Source of the DNA: Setoptus koraiensis | Lineage: Eukaryota; Animalia; Arthropoda | Assembly (NCBI GenBank): GCA_048013815.1 | Contig: CM106586.1 | Coordinates: 5,518,001 to 5,582,000 of the forward strand | Direction: 5' to 3' | DNA: 64,000 nt | In this document: positions 37,101 to 47,967 of the stretch, one piece after another | Layout: each line of letters begins with the position of its first letter | Position numbering within the stretch: the stretch's first letter is position 1 | Program-made: the position numbers and the translations under genes | Notes under the pieces: model-generated | Told to the model about the DNA's origin: nothing | Databases searched by the model: none | The model's input: the letters and a program-made list of their open reading frames with translations, nothing else

Positions 37101-40018
37101 GAGGATTGTTGCTGCTGATCATGCTGAAGTTTAGCTAGTTCTTGGTCTAAAATTGGATCGCAGTCATCTAGTAGTAGAGTGGCTTGTCTATCTAAATAGT
37201 CTATGGACACTTTATGCCAATTGCCATCAGATACAGTTATCCTTGGAAGCGATACAGTTGAAACATTCGAACCGAGTGAAAATGAGAACTTTAGCCTTGA
37301 ATCCGTCAATTCTAGAGCTATAAAATCGTTTCGATCGTTATAGCGTCCATTATATAATAGTAGCGCATCAGACTGACGGGTTGCGAATCTAAGAGATATA
37401 TGGAGGCGATTACGTTGGCGCAAGCTTGGTAGAGTTAGATATGATCCGCGTGGAAATGATCTAGCACGCAGTTGGCATAATTCGTTGGACCAAGCTGACG
37501 TTTGGCAACCTTGACATTTGAATCCACCAATAAAACCTGTTGGCACAACACCAAACGTTTTGCCCGATAGTTGATGATTACCTATCTGTGGTGGTACGTA
37601 TATAGAAGTCTTGTTGAGATTTACACACTTTGTGCCGCCAGCACATATTCCAGGTTGTTGCTTTCCAACAGCATATAGTGGGCTAATAGTAGCTTGCGAT
37701 AATTGGTAAGAGTCCATTAATTGACATGAGCTATTTGTGAAGCTAAGTTCACATTTGCGGCCGATGAAACCTGAGCGGCATTCACAAGAGTATCCTAGCT
37801 CATGTCTGTGACAAATACCTCCATTCTGACATGGGTTTGAGAAACATTGATTGATCTCAACGTCGCATTCATATTTTGAGTGCTCTCCGGTGAAAGTTTG
37901 GGGACACTCGCATGTATAACTTAGAAGTGGTGTGACAGGTTTAAATAGCATTGTTCGAGTTGAAATAAACGGCTTGGATGCATCTCCGAATTTATACGTC
38001 TGTTGACAACGTTGATAATTGAGACATGGCTCCCTTACACAAAAACCGTCCTCGAATGGTAGTACTTGCATACCCATCTTCTGAGACAGTAAAGGTCTAT
38101 TCAAGTATATCCGTTCTTGCAAATATTGGCTAGAGTAATAGGCTTCAGTATCGCGGCTGTCTGGTAGTCTTGCGCTGAGGCTCACATTTAGTATTAGATT
38201 ATTGACCGAGTTTATCGAACCACTAATATTGCTTATAGTATTAGTTGGGTGATACTCTTGAATATCGAACAAAACTATATTATCAGCTCCACATGCGAGT
38301 ATCTGGGCTAGACTTCCCATGAATGAATCATACTTGTTCATCATGAATTCATCCCGGCTGATGTTATCCAATTGCATCATTATACTGTTTTGTAACATAT
38401 TTTCTGTGATTAAATTGACAACTAATAAACATTGAGCAATGACTTCAAATTGTCCATCAGATACCAAGATCTCAAATACTGCTCTCATCGGTACGTTGCT
38501 GTTGAGACTAGGACTAAGTTGAATCTCTCCGGTGGTTGCATTAATTAAGATCCAAAGGGCATTGTTACCGCTAACAATTGTGTAAGTCAATTTATCTGAA
38601 ATATCTGCATCATAAGCTGGTACCCTTCCTATCGGTGAGGTGGGAAAATGACTGCGATTATTGTTGAATATGATGGAAAAATCATGCAGTTGAGGTTTGT
38701 TATCATTTTCATCCATGATCTCTATTTCTATATCTATGTCGGATTTAAGCGACATTGACGATGCTCTAATCACAAGATTATATTTGATCTTGCCGGATTC
38801 GTAATTGAAATCCACCATCGACACAACTTCTGCTTTATCTGATTGATCTCTTTGGATGAGACTGAACGATTTAGCATCGGCACCGCCGCTTATTTCATAC
38901 ACAATTCTGGCATTTTCGCCTTCATCTAAATCCGTGGCCATCATAGTGGCTACCACAGTTCCGATGGGAGAATTTTCCGATACCATAAAATGTAGCTTTT
39001 CCAGTGTTACTTTTTCTCCATCGGGACTCAACCATTGCGGAGCATTATCATTGACATCATCAACATAGATGGTAATGGCTACGGACCCATTGAGCGGTGG
39101 CTGGCCCCTGTCTATGGCTAGTGCGACTAGTTCATACTTGGAGTGTTGTTCACGATCAAGTAATTTATTTGTTCTAATAACACCCGAATTTGGATCAATG
39201 GTGAACGTTCCTTCGCAATCATTTCCGCCGGCAAAAGTGTATTTTATTTGAGCGTTTAGACCGACATCGTTGTCCAATGCGTGAACTTTTAAAACTGGCG
39301 TATGAATGGGTACACTTTCCGAGATGTTTTGGCTCAACTGAACAGTTGTCGCACTAGTAGAACCAAATGTTACATGATTGTGTTGTTGCTCGGAATTAGA
39401 TTGAGAATTCGATTGCGTAAATATTGGCGGTGAATCATTGATGTCTGTGACCTCAACGTAGACTTTTGCTGTGTCGGTTTGACGTGGCTGCCCATTGTCA
39501 GACACAGTGATTATCAACGTGTAACTAGAGACACGTTCCCTGTCTAGAGGTTTGTTGGTTGTGATGGCTCCTGTTTTACTATCTATTTTGAATTCAGCAT
39601 CATTGACAGGGGGAAATTGTTGCTGTTGTTGCTGTTGCTGCTGTTGTTGTTCGAACAATTGATTGATTGAGCTCAACGATTGGGGCGATTGATAGCTCAA
39701 TGTTGTGATAAATCTATGTTCGAGTATTGAGGACAAAGAATAAGATAGTTCGTGTCCGTCTAAATCCGTGGCGGACACATTGACCACCGGATAGTCCCTG
39801 TCCTTGTCCTCGGGTATGCTGGCGTCATAACTGTTTCTATCGAATATTGGTGGTCTGTTTGAGATGGCATTGGGCTTGATTTGGTAATCGTCTGAGCTTG
39901 TGACAAAGCTAGAATTGCTAGCTATCAATAGTAATAATGTAAAATAATTGACTAGATGAAGGTGCGAGATGCTCCTGAGAAGTTTAGTATTTAATTTTGG
40001 CATCATGTCGTGTGTCAT
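31120..40018 (-). CDS. stan: Flamingo/starry night (CELSR) adhesion GPCR with a reduced cadherin array; exons 40018-31621 and 31520-31120 (2932 aa)
   Basis: Signal peptide, cadherin repeats (LDRE, DxNDxxP), flamingo box, EGF and two laminin-G domains, laminin-EGF, hormone-receptor domain (WWPKT), GAIN/GPS, 7TM, and the cytoplasmic LASSHSSDEDD motif. A phase-1 intron at 31620-31521 joins the 31120-31419 ORF as the last exon. Confidence 0.96.
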
Positions 40019-40377
40019 TGTTGCTGTTGCTGGTCTGGTGCAATCGTCCGGATGGTAATAGTGGCTCGGTTGATTGTGAGGTCCATATCGTTGTGGTCAC
40101 ATATTATTGTATTCATGCAAACCCAATGCGCCCGGCAACACGATGCAAATGAATTTGTTGTCAGGCAGTTGTATACTAAATGAAATTGATTTACTTGCTG
40201 CGTGGAATTATAATTGATAATTGTCGCAAATTGCTAAATGGTTGATAATAAAATTGATCTGATTGGCCGCATAATAGCCACAGTTGTGCGTATAGGAATG
40301 TTCAAGATTGCATAAATAAGTGGTTGAGTTCATGAGCAAGTTGACCAAGAAACGAAAATTTTGATGAAGAAAAAGGA

Positions 40378-40470
40378 TTGTGTGTGTGTGTTTGTTCTAT
40401 TTCGACAGTTCGATCTCTATAAATCCTTCAAAACAAGTGTGTGTGTGTCTGTGTGTGCGTGTGTGTGTGT
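40378..40470. repeat. Interrupted (GT)n microsatellites upstream of flamingo
   Basis: Runs of TGTGTG seen directly. Confidence 0.85.
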
Positions 40471-42766
40471 GAGTACTGCTACAAAAATAACTTGTCTCTT
40501 GAGATTACTCAACTCACCAGAGCCAGTGCGCCAGTGCAATTGATGCTGCAGCAGGGGAATGAATTGAATAAGAATGAGGGAATCAAATCGAATCAATCGA
40601 CGTGTGCGAGAACTTGTGTGAGCCGCTAGTGGCCACAACAACAACAACAAGTGCCTGTTCTGCTATGTCTCGTGTACTGTGTGTGTGTGCGCCAGCAACA
40701 GACAGAGATCATTGGACTCAAGTTTCCAACTGGTGAACCAAGAAACGAATAATGATGCAGACTTAAGTCTGCGCCGGTTGCGGGCACTATCAGAGGCGCT
40801 CAGAGGAAACTTAATCTTGGCCATCTCACGGACAGTCAAAGCGGTCGGCTCTTCTTAGAACACTCGACCACTGCTAATGGGGCAGCTGCAACAGGTACCA
40901 CACATTGGGCAGCCCTGCAGCACGCCCTCTCGAGAAGAAGCCGACAACCAACGACGCTTGCCTATGCCTTAGATGGCTTACATGGCGGAATTGACCGGTC
41001 CACAACATGTCGGTGTTATTCTTATTGCGGGTACGACAGTGTGTTAGCACGCAGCATCACGAATGCATGCGTGTCCGTCTGACCGTCCGTTCGCTCGTTA
41101 GTCGCAACAACGGCTCAGGGCAAGTGAAGTTCGGCGGAATCACCATCTTCAAAACGGCCAACTGCTATATACCTGCCTATGGCTTATTATGTCCAATCTT
41201 TTTTTAATTTTTCGTTCATGTAGCAGTGCATGTGTGTGTGTGTGAGTTATAAACAAGACGACCAATACATGTACTGTAAGCGGCAACTGTTAAAATAACA
41301 GCAATTGTTCGGACCGGACTGTATGTTAAACTTGGACAACTAATATAAACTGACAACAAACTATAGTTATAACATTTAAGTCCATGATAATGCCGCTTGC
41401 TTGTTATCTACTCAGGATGTATTATGTTCTCGGATTGGCTCAGCACAAACACAATCCATTGTTGGCTCAACCTTCGTTGATCCAAGCCCCACTAAGAGTG
41501 GCCAAGATGTCTATAAATTGGACTCAACGGTTGGCTCGTTGAACTCAATAATCATGGCAATAATGACTGTGTGATCATCACCATCACTTTGATGCTACCA
41601 CTTACTCCACGATAACTATGATGATGATATCAAATTCTATTGTGTGTTTGTGTCTACTGTAGAACCTGTCGAATGTCTGTCTCTCTCTCCCTCTCTTTGT
41701 ACACCCAACTTAGGTCCTATTCTCCTGGCGAGCAAGTGTATTACACAGGCTCACAACAATCAAGGAGCAACGGCTTCTATTGCTCTTGGAACAGTCCCGA
41801 TGGTTACATGATTTTGAGCAAAATCGCATGACGCACCAACAGACTATAAACTAAAATGGCGTAGATTTACAACCTTGCGAGTCGTTTCTAAATACTTCAC
41901 TAATGGCTCAAATCATTGCTGCTGTTATTGTCCTCCCTCTCACACTATAGACCATCCAACTCATTTCAGACTCATGAAGTATGTGATATCTTTGTATTGT
42001 AATTGTACTCTGTACGTAAAGCTCTGGTACGAGCAAGTACAAATTATTCTCCACTGGCTTCAACACAAAGATGAGCAATGAGACATGTTAAGTCCATCAT
42101 CGTTTCAACACTTCATGCTATATGTGCTAAATTTTGAAGTGAACAATTGCGAAAGAACAACACGTGCCTGTCGTGAACAATATTATGCCTATCATTGTGA
42201 AGCCCACTTAGAGAGTGGTCATTAATCAACATACATCAATTGTTACGTAAAATTTTCGCCCTCTGGCGAACACACTGGTGCTATTGTTCTTGTGCATGGA
42301 AACAATCTTTTTAATCGGTTTTGCAGTTTATGTGCCGCGTTCAGTAAATATAGTATGGATGCGCCTTCCATCTATCAACAACTGTACCCTGATTAACTAA
42401 CGCAATTATTTTCAAGCCTAGATTGTGCTTACTACGGATATCCTTGTAGTTTACACATAGAACAGGGAAGACATCCTACCAAGATCATTTAAATGATGCT
42501 CTCCTAGTGTCACATCAAATTGTCACGATCAGAGGAGCAGCAATCTGAGACATGTTTCACTTTTGAATAGAATCTTATCTAAGATAAGTTATCTGCCATC
42601 AAATCTTCAGCGCTTACTAAGTCAAAAAGTGATATGCTTTCGATCAAAATAGAAGGAAAACAACTTTTGCGATCAACTACTGTCTTACTAATTTAATTAA
42701 GGCTACAGAAAGTTACTTTTTAACAGTGGAACTTTTAATGGGTTATGGTTGTCGAAGAGTTCGACA

Positions 42767-43870
42767 TCAGCCGGTTACTTTCTTTCTATTGAAATGGTCG
42801 GATTGAGGAAGCATAATTTGCGATTTGCCACATCTACCAGCCCATGTTGGGCAGTCGATAAATCTTAGCTCTGGGTCATAACAAATAAATATACCGCTCA
42901 ACAGTGGTATGGGTGAATTATGTTGCTTTTCGCATACAAATCTGACCTGTTTTTTGTTTGTCAAGTTCATTACACTTTTTCGTAGGTCTTCAATGAAGTA
43001 GAGTTTCGAAGAAGACGGTGTAATTCCGCCAGAGGCGAGATTTCTCTTCAATGCAAGACTTTTCACAATTGCCAAGGTGGAAGCGAAAAAGTTATATTCG
43101 CCGCGTAGTTTAGCAGTATCACGAGCGCACGTTCCGTGCTTGAGCCACTCATGTTTCCAGAATCCTTGACTAGAGCCGAACAGAGAGGGCCAGTGGTCAT
43201 CCAGATCATATCGTATAGGGTTAAGTGCATTTATATTGAATTCGTTATCGAAGCAACAAAATTCTGGTGACACATCTCCGCCATTTGGATTACTCTTTGT
43301 AGCCCACATACCATGTATGGTGAAATCTTCTGGTTCTTTGATACACTTATCGGGCGAGGTGGTGCAGTAACCAGGCGGCCATTGAAGTGCCAATGAGTAA
43401 TATTTGGCATCGTAATCATTAGAGCACCCTCGGTCTCTATATGGCGATGGTGATCTATTTCTAGGTCTGCTGGCTTGGGGGGGTTGATTTTGGATAACTG
43501 TCGAGTATTTGGCCATATCTTTGTACCATTGAGACGCTTTGACCTCTTCCGGGGATCCCCAGCCAGAGGCTCGAGATAGCCTGCTGAGACCCGTAGGTGT
43601 TTTTCCTGGTGGTCCAATGAGACTTGGCCAGTCTTTTGCATCGGTAATACTGGGACTAACATTTTTTGGTTTAGGCGCTAATTGCTTTCTTGCTGACTGG
43701 CCATTCCAAACATCGGAACCGATGGCGCCGATGTTCGAACTGACTTTATTGGTAGTTTCGGTGCCTAGGCAGTGGTTAGTCTTGATATAACTCGCTAACA
43801 CACAAGCTATAACGACCAGATGTAAAAAGTGGGTATAGTATTCTGAAGACATGTTGTTGTGTTTCTTCAT
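42767..43870 (-). CDS. RNASET2: Secreted ribonuclease T2 family protein with a long N-terminal extension, intronless
   Basis: Signal-like segment (FLHLVVIACVLASYI); LALQWPPGYC; CAS I FTIHGMW; CAS II FWKHEWLKHGTC. Confidence 0.93.
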   Translation of the reverse strand: MKKHNNMSSEYYTHFLHLVVIACVLASYIKTNHCLGTETTNKVSSNIGAIGSDVWNGQSARKQLAPKPKNVSPSITDAKDWPSLIGPPGKTPTGLSRLSRASGWGSPEEVKASQWYKDMAKYSTVIQNQPPQASRPRNRSPSPYRDRGCSNDYDAKYYSLALQWPPGYCTTSPDKCIKEPEDFTIHGMWATKSNPNGGDVSPEFCCFDNEFNINALNPIRYDLDDHWPSLFGSSQGFWKHEWLKHGTCARDTAKLRGEYNFFASTLAIVKSLALKRNLASGGITPSSSKLYFIEDLRKSVMNLTNKKQVRFVCEKQHNSPIPLLSGIFICYDPELRFIDCPTWAGRCGKSQIMLPQSDHFNRKKVTG

Positions 43871-44538
43871 AATAACAAATAATCACAGAGGTATATGGAT
43901 GATTATATTCGATCGTCAATCAGAAAGTATGGTGCTCGATTGAACACCAGCCCTCGATGGATTTTTGTAGTGATTGGCCCACAGGATTTAAAATATGAGC
44001 CCAACACAGTGTAACTATTTATATTTTTATTCTGAACTATATTATTTGCTTTTGTACGTTGTGTCTATTTTCAACTGTAGGTGTTCCATTGTCTAAGCTA
44101 TATACGATACGCACGACAAAAAATTATCCTTATCACATATAAGAAATGTATTTATACATGTTTAGATACACTGAGATTAGATAGATAGATAAATGTAAAG
44201 GATGAAATGCACGATTCTAACCAGCTATGTCGCAGACATGAATATTTATGGCTGCGGATAATACAAACAAAAAAAAATGTCATCACACTCAGACGGTGCA
44301 CCCGTATCATGTGTTCTATCATATCCAAAATAGTTAATGTACAGCTAGCTGTGGTTTAGTCATATTTTTTAGTCATGCTTACTCGTGGTGAGATTTATTA
44401 TTTAGAGAGGCAATCTGATAATTGGGATACAAAAAAACTAGTCTGTAGTCTCCTCTTAGAAATACTGATGAATGTTTTGAATTAGATTGGGATTAGATAA
44501 TGAGACTTTGCGAAGGTTATTGCGGAAAAGAGACATCT

Positions 44539-45261
44539 CTAGTAGGGTATTGTGGTGCCATCATAGTTGAGGAGTATTCCAGCCTGTTCCGGTTTAATTT
44601 CGTCAAATGTCTTGACCATGCCTGACACGCTTGTTTTGGTATCGATGGCAGCGTTGGGGCCGCCCATGTCAGTGAGAACCCATCCAGGGTGGATAGGTGC
44701 AACAATGATGTTGTCTGGTTTCAATTGGATTGACAAGCTCTTGGATACTTGATTAAAGGCCGACTTACTTGTTCGATAGGCGTACATTTGGCCGGAGGTA
44801 TTGTCGGCAATGGAGCCCACTTTCGATGAAATATTTGCAACAAAGGTCTTGTGTCCGGCTTTCGCGCTAGAACGTAGTAATGGCAAGAATGCTCTGGTTA
44901 AAAGCAATGGTGCCACAACGTTGACTTCATATACTTCTAGCATGTCGTCTCGTCTGGCGTCGTCTAGATCGGCCTTGATGTGGATGCCGGCGTTGTTCAC
45001 GAGTAGGTTCAATCCATCCGACCCAACGGCCTTTGACACCTCATCAACAAGCTTGGGAAAACGATCGTAATCCTTCACTTCAAGCTCGACTATTTTCACT
45101 TTTGGGTTTGATGACTCAATTTCTTTCAATTCTTGTGCTTTTGAAGGATTCCTACAAGCTGCGAACAGTAGTTTTGTTGAGGGAAGAGCCGCATATTGCT
45201 TCACAAATTCTAAGCCGATACCTCGGTTGGCACCGGTGATGAAGATGGTTGAATAAGCCAT
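44539..45261 (-). CDS. Short-chain dehydrogenase/reductase, C-factor/sniffer-like carbonyl reductase
   Basis: ITGANRGIG Rossmann motif, LLVNNAGI, catalytic YRTSK (YxxxK), IHPGWVLTDMGG. Confidence 0.93.
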   Translation of the reverse strand: MAYSTIFITGANRGIGLEFVKQYAALPSTKLLFAACRNPSKAQELKEIESSNPKVKIVELEVKDYDRFPKLVDEVSKAVGSDGLNLLVNNAGIHIKADLDDARRDDMLEVYEVNVVAPLLLTRAFLPLLRSSAKAGHKTFVANISSKVGSIADNTSGQMYAYRTSKSAFNQVSKSLSIQLKPDNIIVAPIHPGWVLTDMGGPNAAIDTKTSVSGMVKTFDEIKPEQAGILLNYDGTTIPY

Positions 45262-46210
45262 TGTGATAGTGATAATTAATTTTCGAATTGACGTTCAATT
45301 TGATGAGTCCGACTGGGATGGCGTGTGGGTTCAAATGATAGATAGCTTTTGATCTGGATTCAATGTTTATTTAAGAGATTGCTATGAGAAATTAATCTAG
45401 CATATGCTACATAATCAATGCAAATAAAGCATTTCGATCAAGACACTTACAATGCCGGCGGAGATGGTGGAAACCCGCCCTCAAAGCCATTTCTCTGCTT
45501 TTTGAAGCCGCGTTTTTCAAACTAGTTTATTTCAGTGAAATTGTTTCAAAGAGAGACCTGCTACATGGCATCCTATATGCATCATGGATTTCAAAATCAG
45601 CCAACCAAAATAACCCCATCAGATAGGTGTGACTTGTGCGATATGATGAATTTCCCCAACGGAAGTAAGAGATTCTAATTAGACAAATTAGACTTGATCT
45701 CGAAACTAAGTCAAGCTTACTCCCAAAAAATTACTCTCATTAGCTTTACGATCACGATTGTTTGATCAAAACCAGTTTCCACATCGAGTAATAATTTGCT
45801 GTTTAACGACTTGCGGTCTAGTCATGTTGAAAATCGCCAACTAACACGAGCCCTCATAAGTGAGCTGCATAGGCGGAGATTGATCAGAAAAAAATATGTA
45901 TTAGGAAGGAGTGACTTATGATGATGTATTTTGCTAATGAAAGTTGATTTAATTAGGTTTTTTGATACAGTAAGCCAAGAATATACTGATGAGACTCTGG
46001 TATTAGTGGTTGCTGATATATTTGGTGATCTATAATGAGAATTCCAGTATAAACTATATTCAATCTTTAGGTCAGTTAACGCATTCTTTGCATCTATTGG
46101 CATCATTTTCAGACGGTTTTTGAAGTAGAATAAGATCTCACAGACTGGTTCACTCAATGATTATGAATAAGATTATGATTCGTTAAAAAATTCAAGTAGA
46201 ATAGTTGGTA

Positions 46211-47506
46211 TCACGATGAGATCTTTGGCTCATATTTTAAGCTACTACTACGTCGTTGTCGGCTGTCGTCCGTCCCATCATTAATCATCATGTCTTCAAT
46301 CATGGATAAACACTCGAGTACTTCGTCATTTTTAGCACAGTATAGAGATGGTGTCAACCCGTTTGCATCCAAAGCATTGACTGGTGCCCCTGCAATCAAT
46401 AACTCATGTGTCAACTGTTTCATGCCACGCTCTGCAGCTAGATGTAACGGTGTGACAAGTTCATGATTGATGCAAGTAGCTAAAGCTGGACATGCCTTAA
46501 GCATATTTGAAGCTAATTCTTCTAAATTGTGTTGAATGGCTCTTATAAGAATAGAGCAGCCCTCAGAATCTTGCACAGTTAAATCCTTCGCACTGGGCAA
46601 CATCTGTGATATGAGATTAGTATGTCCTAATTTTATGGCTGTATGTATAACAGTATTCATTTCATTGTCTGGTATCGAGGGATCTGTTCTTGGATCATTC
46701 ATTAAAATCTTGAATAATTCTACAATACCTCTTTTAAGCGCTAAGTGTAGGCATGTATTTCCCTCAGAGTCTTTAATGTTGGGATCTGCGCCCTGGTTGA
46801 GCAGGTGTGTAGCTGTGGCATAGCTGCAAGGTCCCCCTGACCTGGCGGCCATGTGGAGAGCAGTTTGACCGAAAGAGTTCCTGGCATTTATTGTGTTGGC
46901 CGTAGCTAAAGAACTAACAGCATGAACATCATCTATGGCCGAGGCAAAATGCAATGGTGTGTTGCCACTAATATTATAACTATTTGGTGAAGCACCGGCC
47001 TCAATCAAGGCCATCACAACTTTATAATGATTCTCGTATGCTGCATAATGCAATGGTGTGTTGTAATCAACATCTAGAGGTTCAATAAATTCACTAGATT
47101 TTCCAAGTTTCTCGATAATAAGTTGAGCACATTTTACATGACCATAATAGGCACAGATATGTAAAGGGGTCACATTGTACAAAGCTGTTGCGCTTGGATT
47201 GGCTCCGTGCTCCAAAAGGCAGGATACCACTTCTGGACAACCATTACGACAGGCCCTATGTAGCGAGGTCAGACCCTCCGAATCGCAGTCGTCAACTTCG
47301 ACTCCTTCTTCAATGAAATATTCCAAAAGCTCTAATGAATCCAAGAATGCGCTTAAATGTAAATAGGTGCGCTTGTGAATGTCTTTATAGTGGGGATCAT
47401 CGCCTTCAAGGACTCGCTCCTTTACTAGATGTAGGCTCTGTTTTAGAACAGCTTTAGTCAGTAAAGGCTCATTTTGTAGAAGTAGTATCGGTCTACTTGA
47501 TTCCAT
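46211..47506 (-). CDS. Ankyrin-repeat protein, shortened ANKRD28/44/52 (PP6 regulatory ankyrin subunit)-like
   Basis: About 11 ankyrin repeats. The N-terminal KRTYLHLSAFL...LTSLHRA...TPLHICA...VKCAQLII and C-terminal TPLHLAAERG...GLTPSLYCAKNDEVLECLSMI match both ends of ANKRD28/44/52 as I recall them. Confidence 0.8.
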   Translation of the reverse strand: MESSRPILLLQNEPLLTKAVLKQSLHLVKERVLEGDDPHYKDIHKRTYLHLSAFLDSLELLEYFIEEGVEVDDCDSEGLTSLHRACRNGCPEVVSCLLEHGANPSATALYNVTPLHICAYYGHVKCAQLIIEKLGKSSEFIEPLDVDYNTPLHYAAYENHYKVVMALIEAGASPNSYNISGNTPLHFASAIDDVHAVSSLATANTINARNSFGQTALHMAARSGGPCSYATATHLLNQGADPNIKDSEGNTCLHLALKRGIVELFKILMNDPRTDPSIPDNEMNTVIHTAIKLGHTNLISQMLPSAKDLTVQDSEGCSILIRAIQHNLEELASNMLKACPALATCINHELVTPLHLAAERGMKQLTHELLIAGAPVNALDANGLTPSLYCAKNDEVLECLSMIEDMMINDGTDDSRQRRSSSLKYEPKISS

Positions 47507-47967
47507 ATTCCAAATTATATTATAATTTATTATTCCGATGGAGAGAAGTAAGGAGAGAAATGTTCATAATTACTATTGTTAATTCATGATGAGTAAATAA
47601 ATTAATTATACGTCTACTTATAATACAATTCATCATCACAGACAACATGGTCCCCATGAGTTAAACTGCAGATTTTGGTGAAGCAATATGACGGCAACAT
47701 ATAGCAATAGCTGCAATGTATGTAGCGTTACAGTAATATTCATCCAAATGCAAAATTTTTGGCCGAGAGCGAATGCGCGAAAATTGAAAAGTTAGAAGTG
47801 CCAGTATTCACACGTAAATATAGAGCCATATATTCACGGATGATAACATCGACAGAATCCACGTTTTTTTAAGCAGATGTGATCTAGGATATATTCATTA
47901 GCATACCAACTGCTACAAAAGGAATGAACCTTATATCTTCATTATTGTTTGACTACTGAGGTCAACT
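47507..47967. promoter_or_regulatory. Probable bidirectional promoter between the ankyrin gene (-) and DAP3 (+)
   Basis: Head-to-head ATGs 461 bp apart. Inferred from the arrangement only. Confidence 0.5.

Noticed and set aside
40756-41080. ATG-less open frame of about 108 codons in a GC-richer patch upstream of flamingo
   Set aside because: No start codon, no recognisable motif and no convincing splice partner; it cannot encode the missing cadherin repeats.
43231-43790. 143-aa and 83-aa ORFs overlapping RNase T2
   Set aside because: Alternative-frame or antisense shadows with no independent features.
45822-46157. 111-aa ORF just downstream of the ankyrin gene
   Set aside because: AT-rich with no ankyrin or other motif; most likely 3' UTR, and it does not supply the missing repeats.
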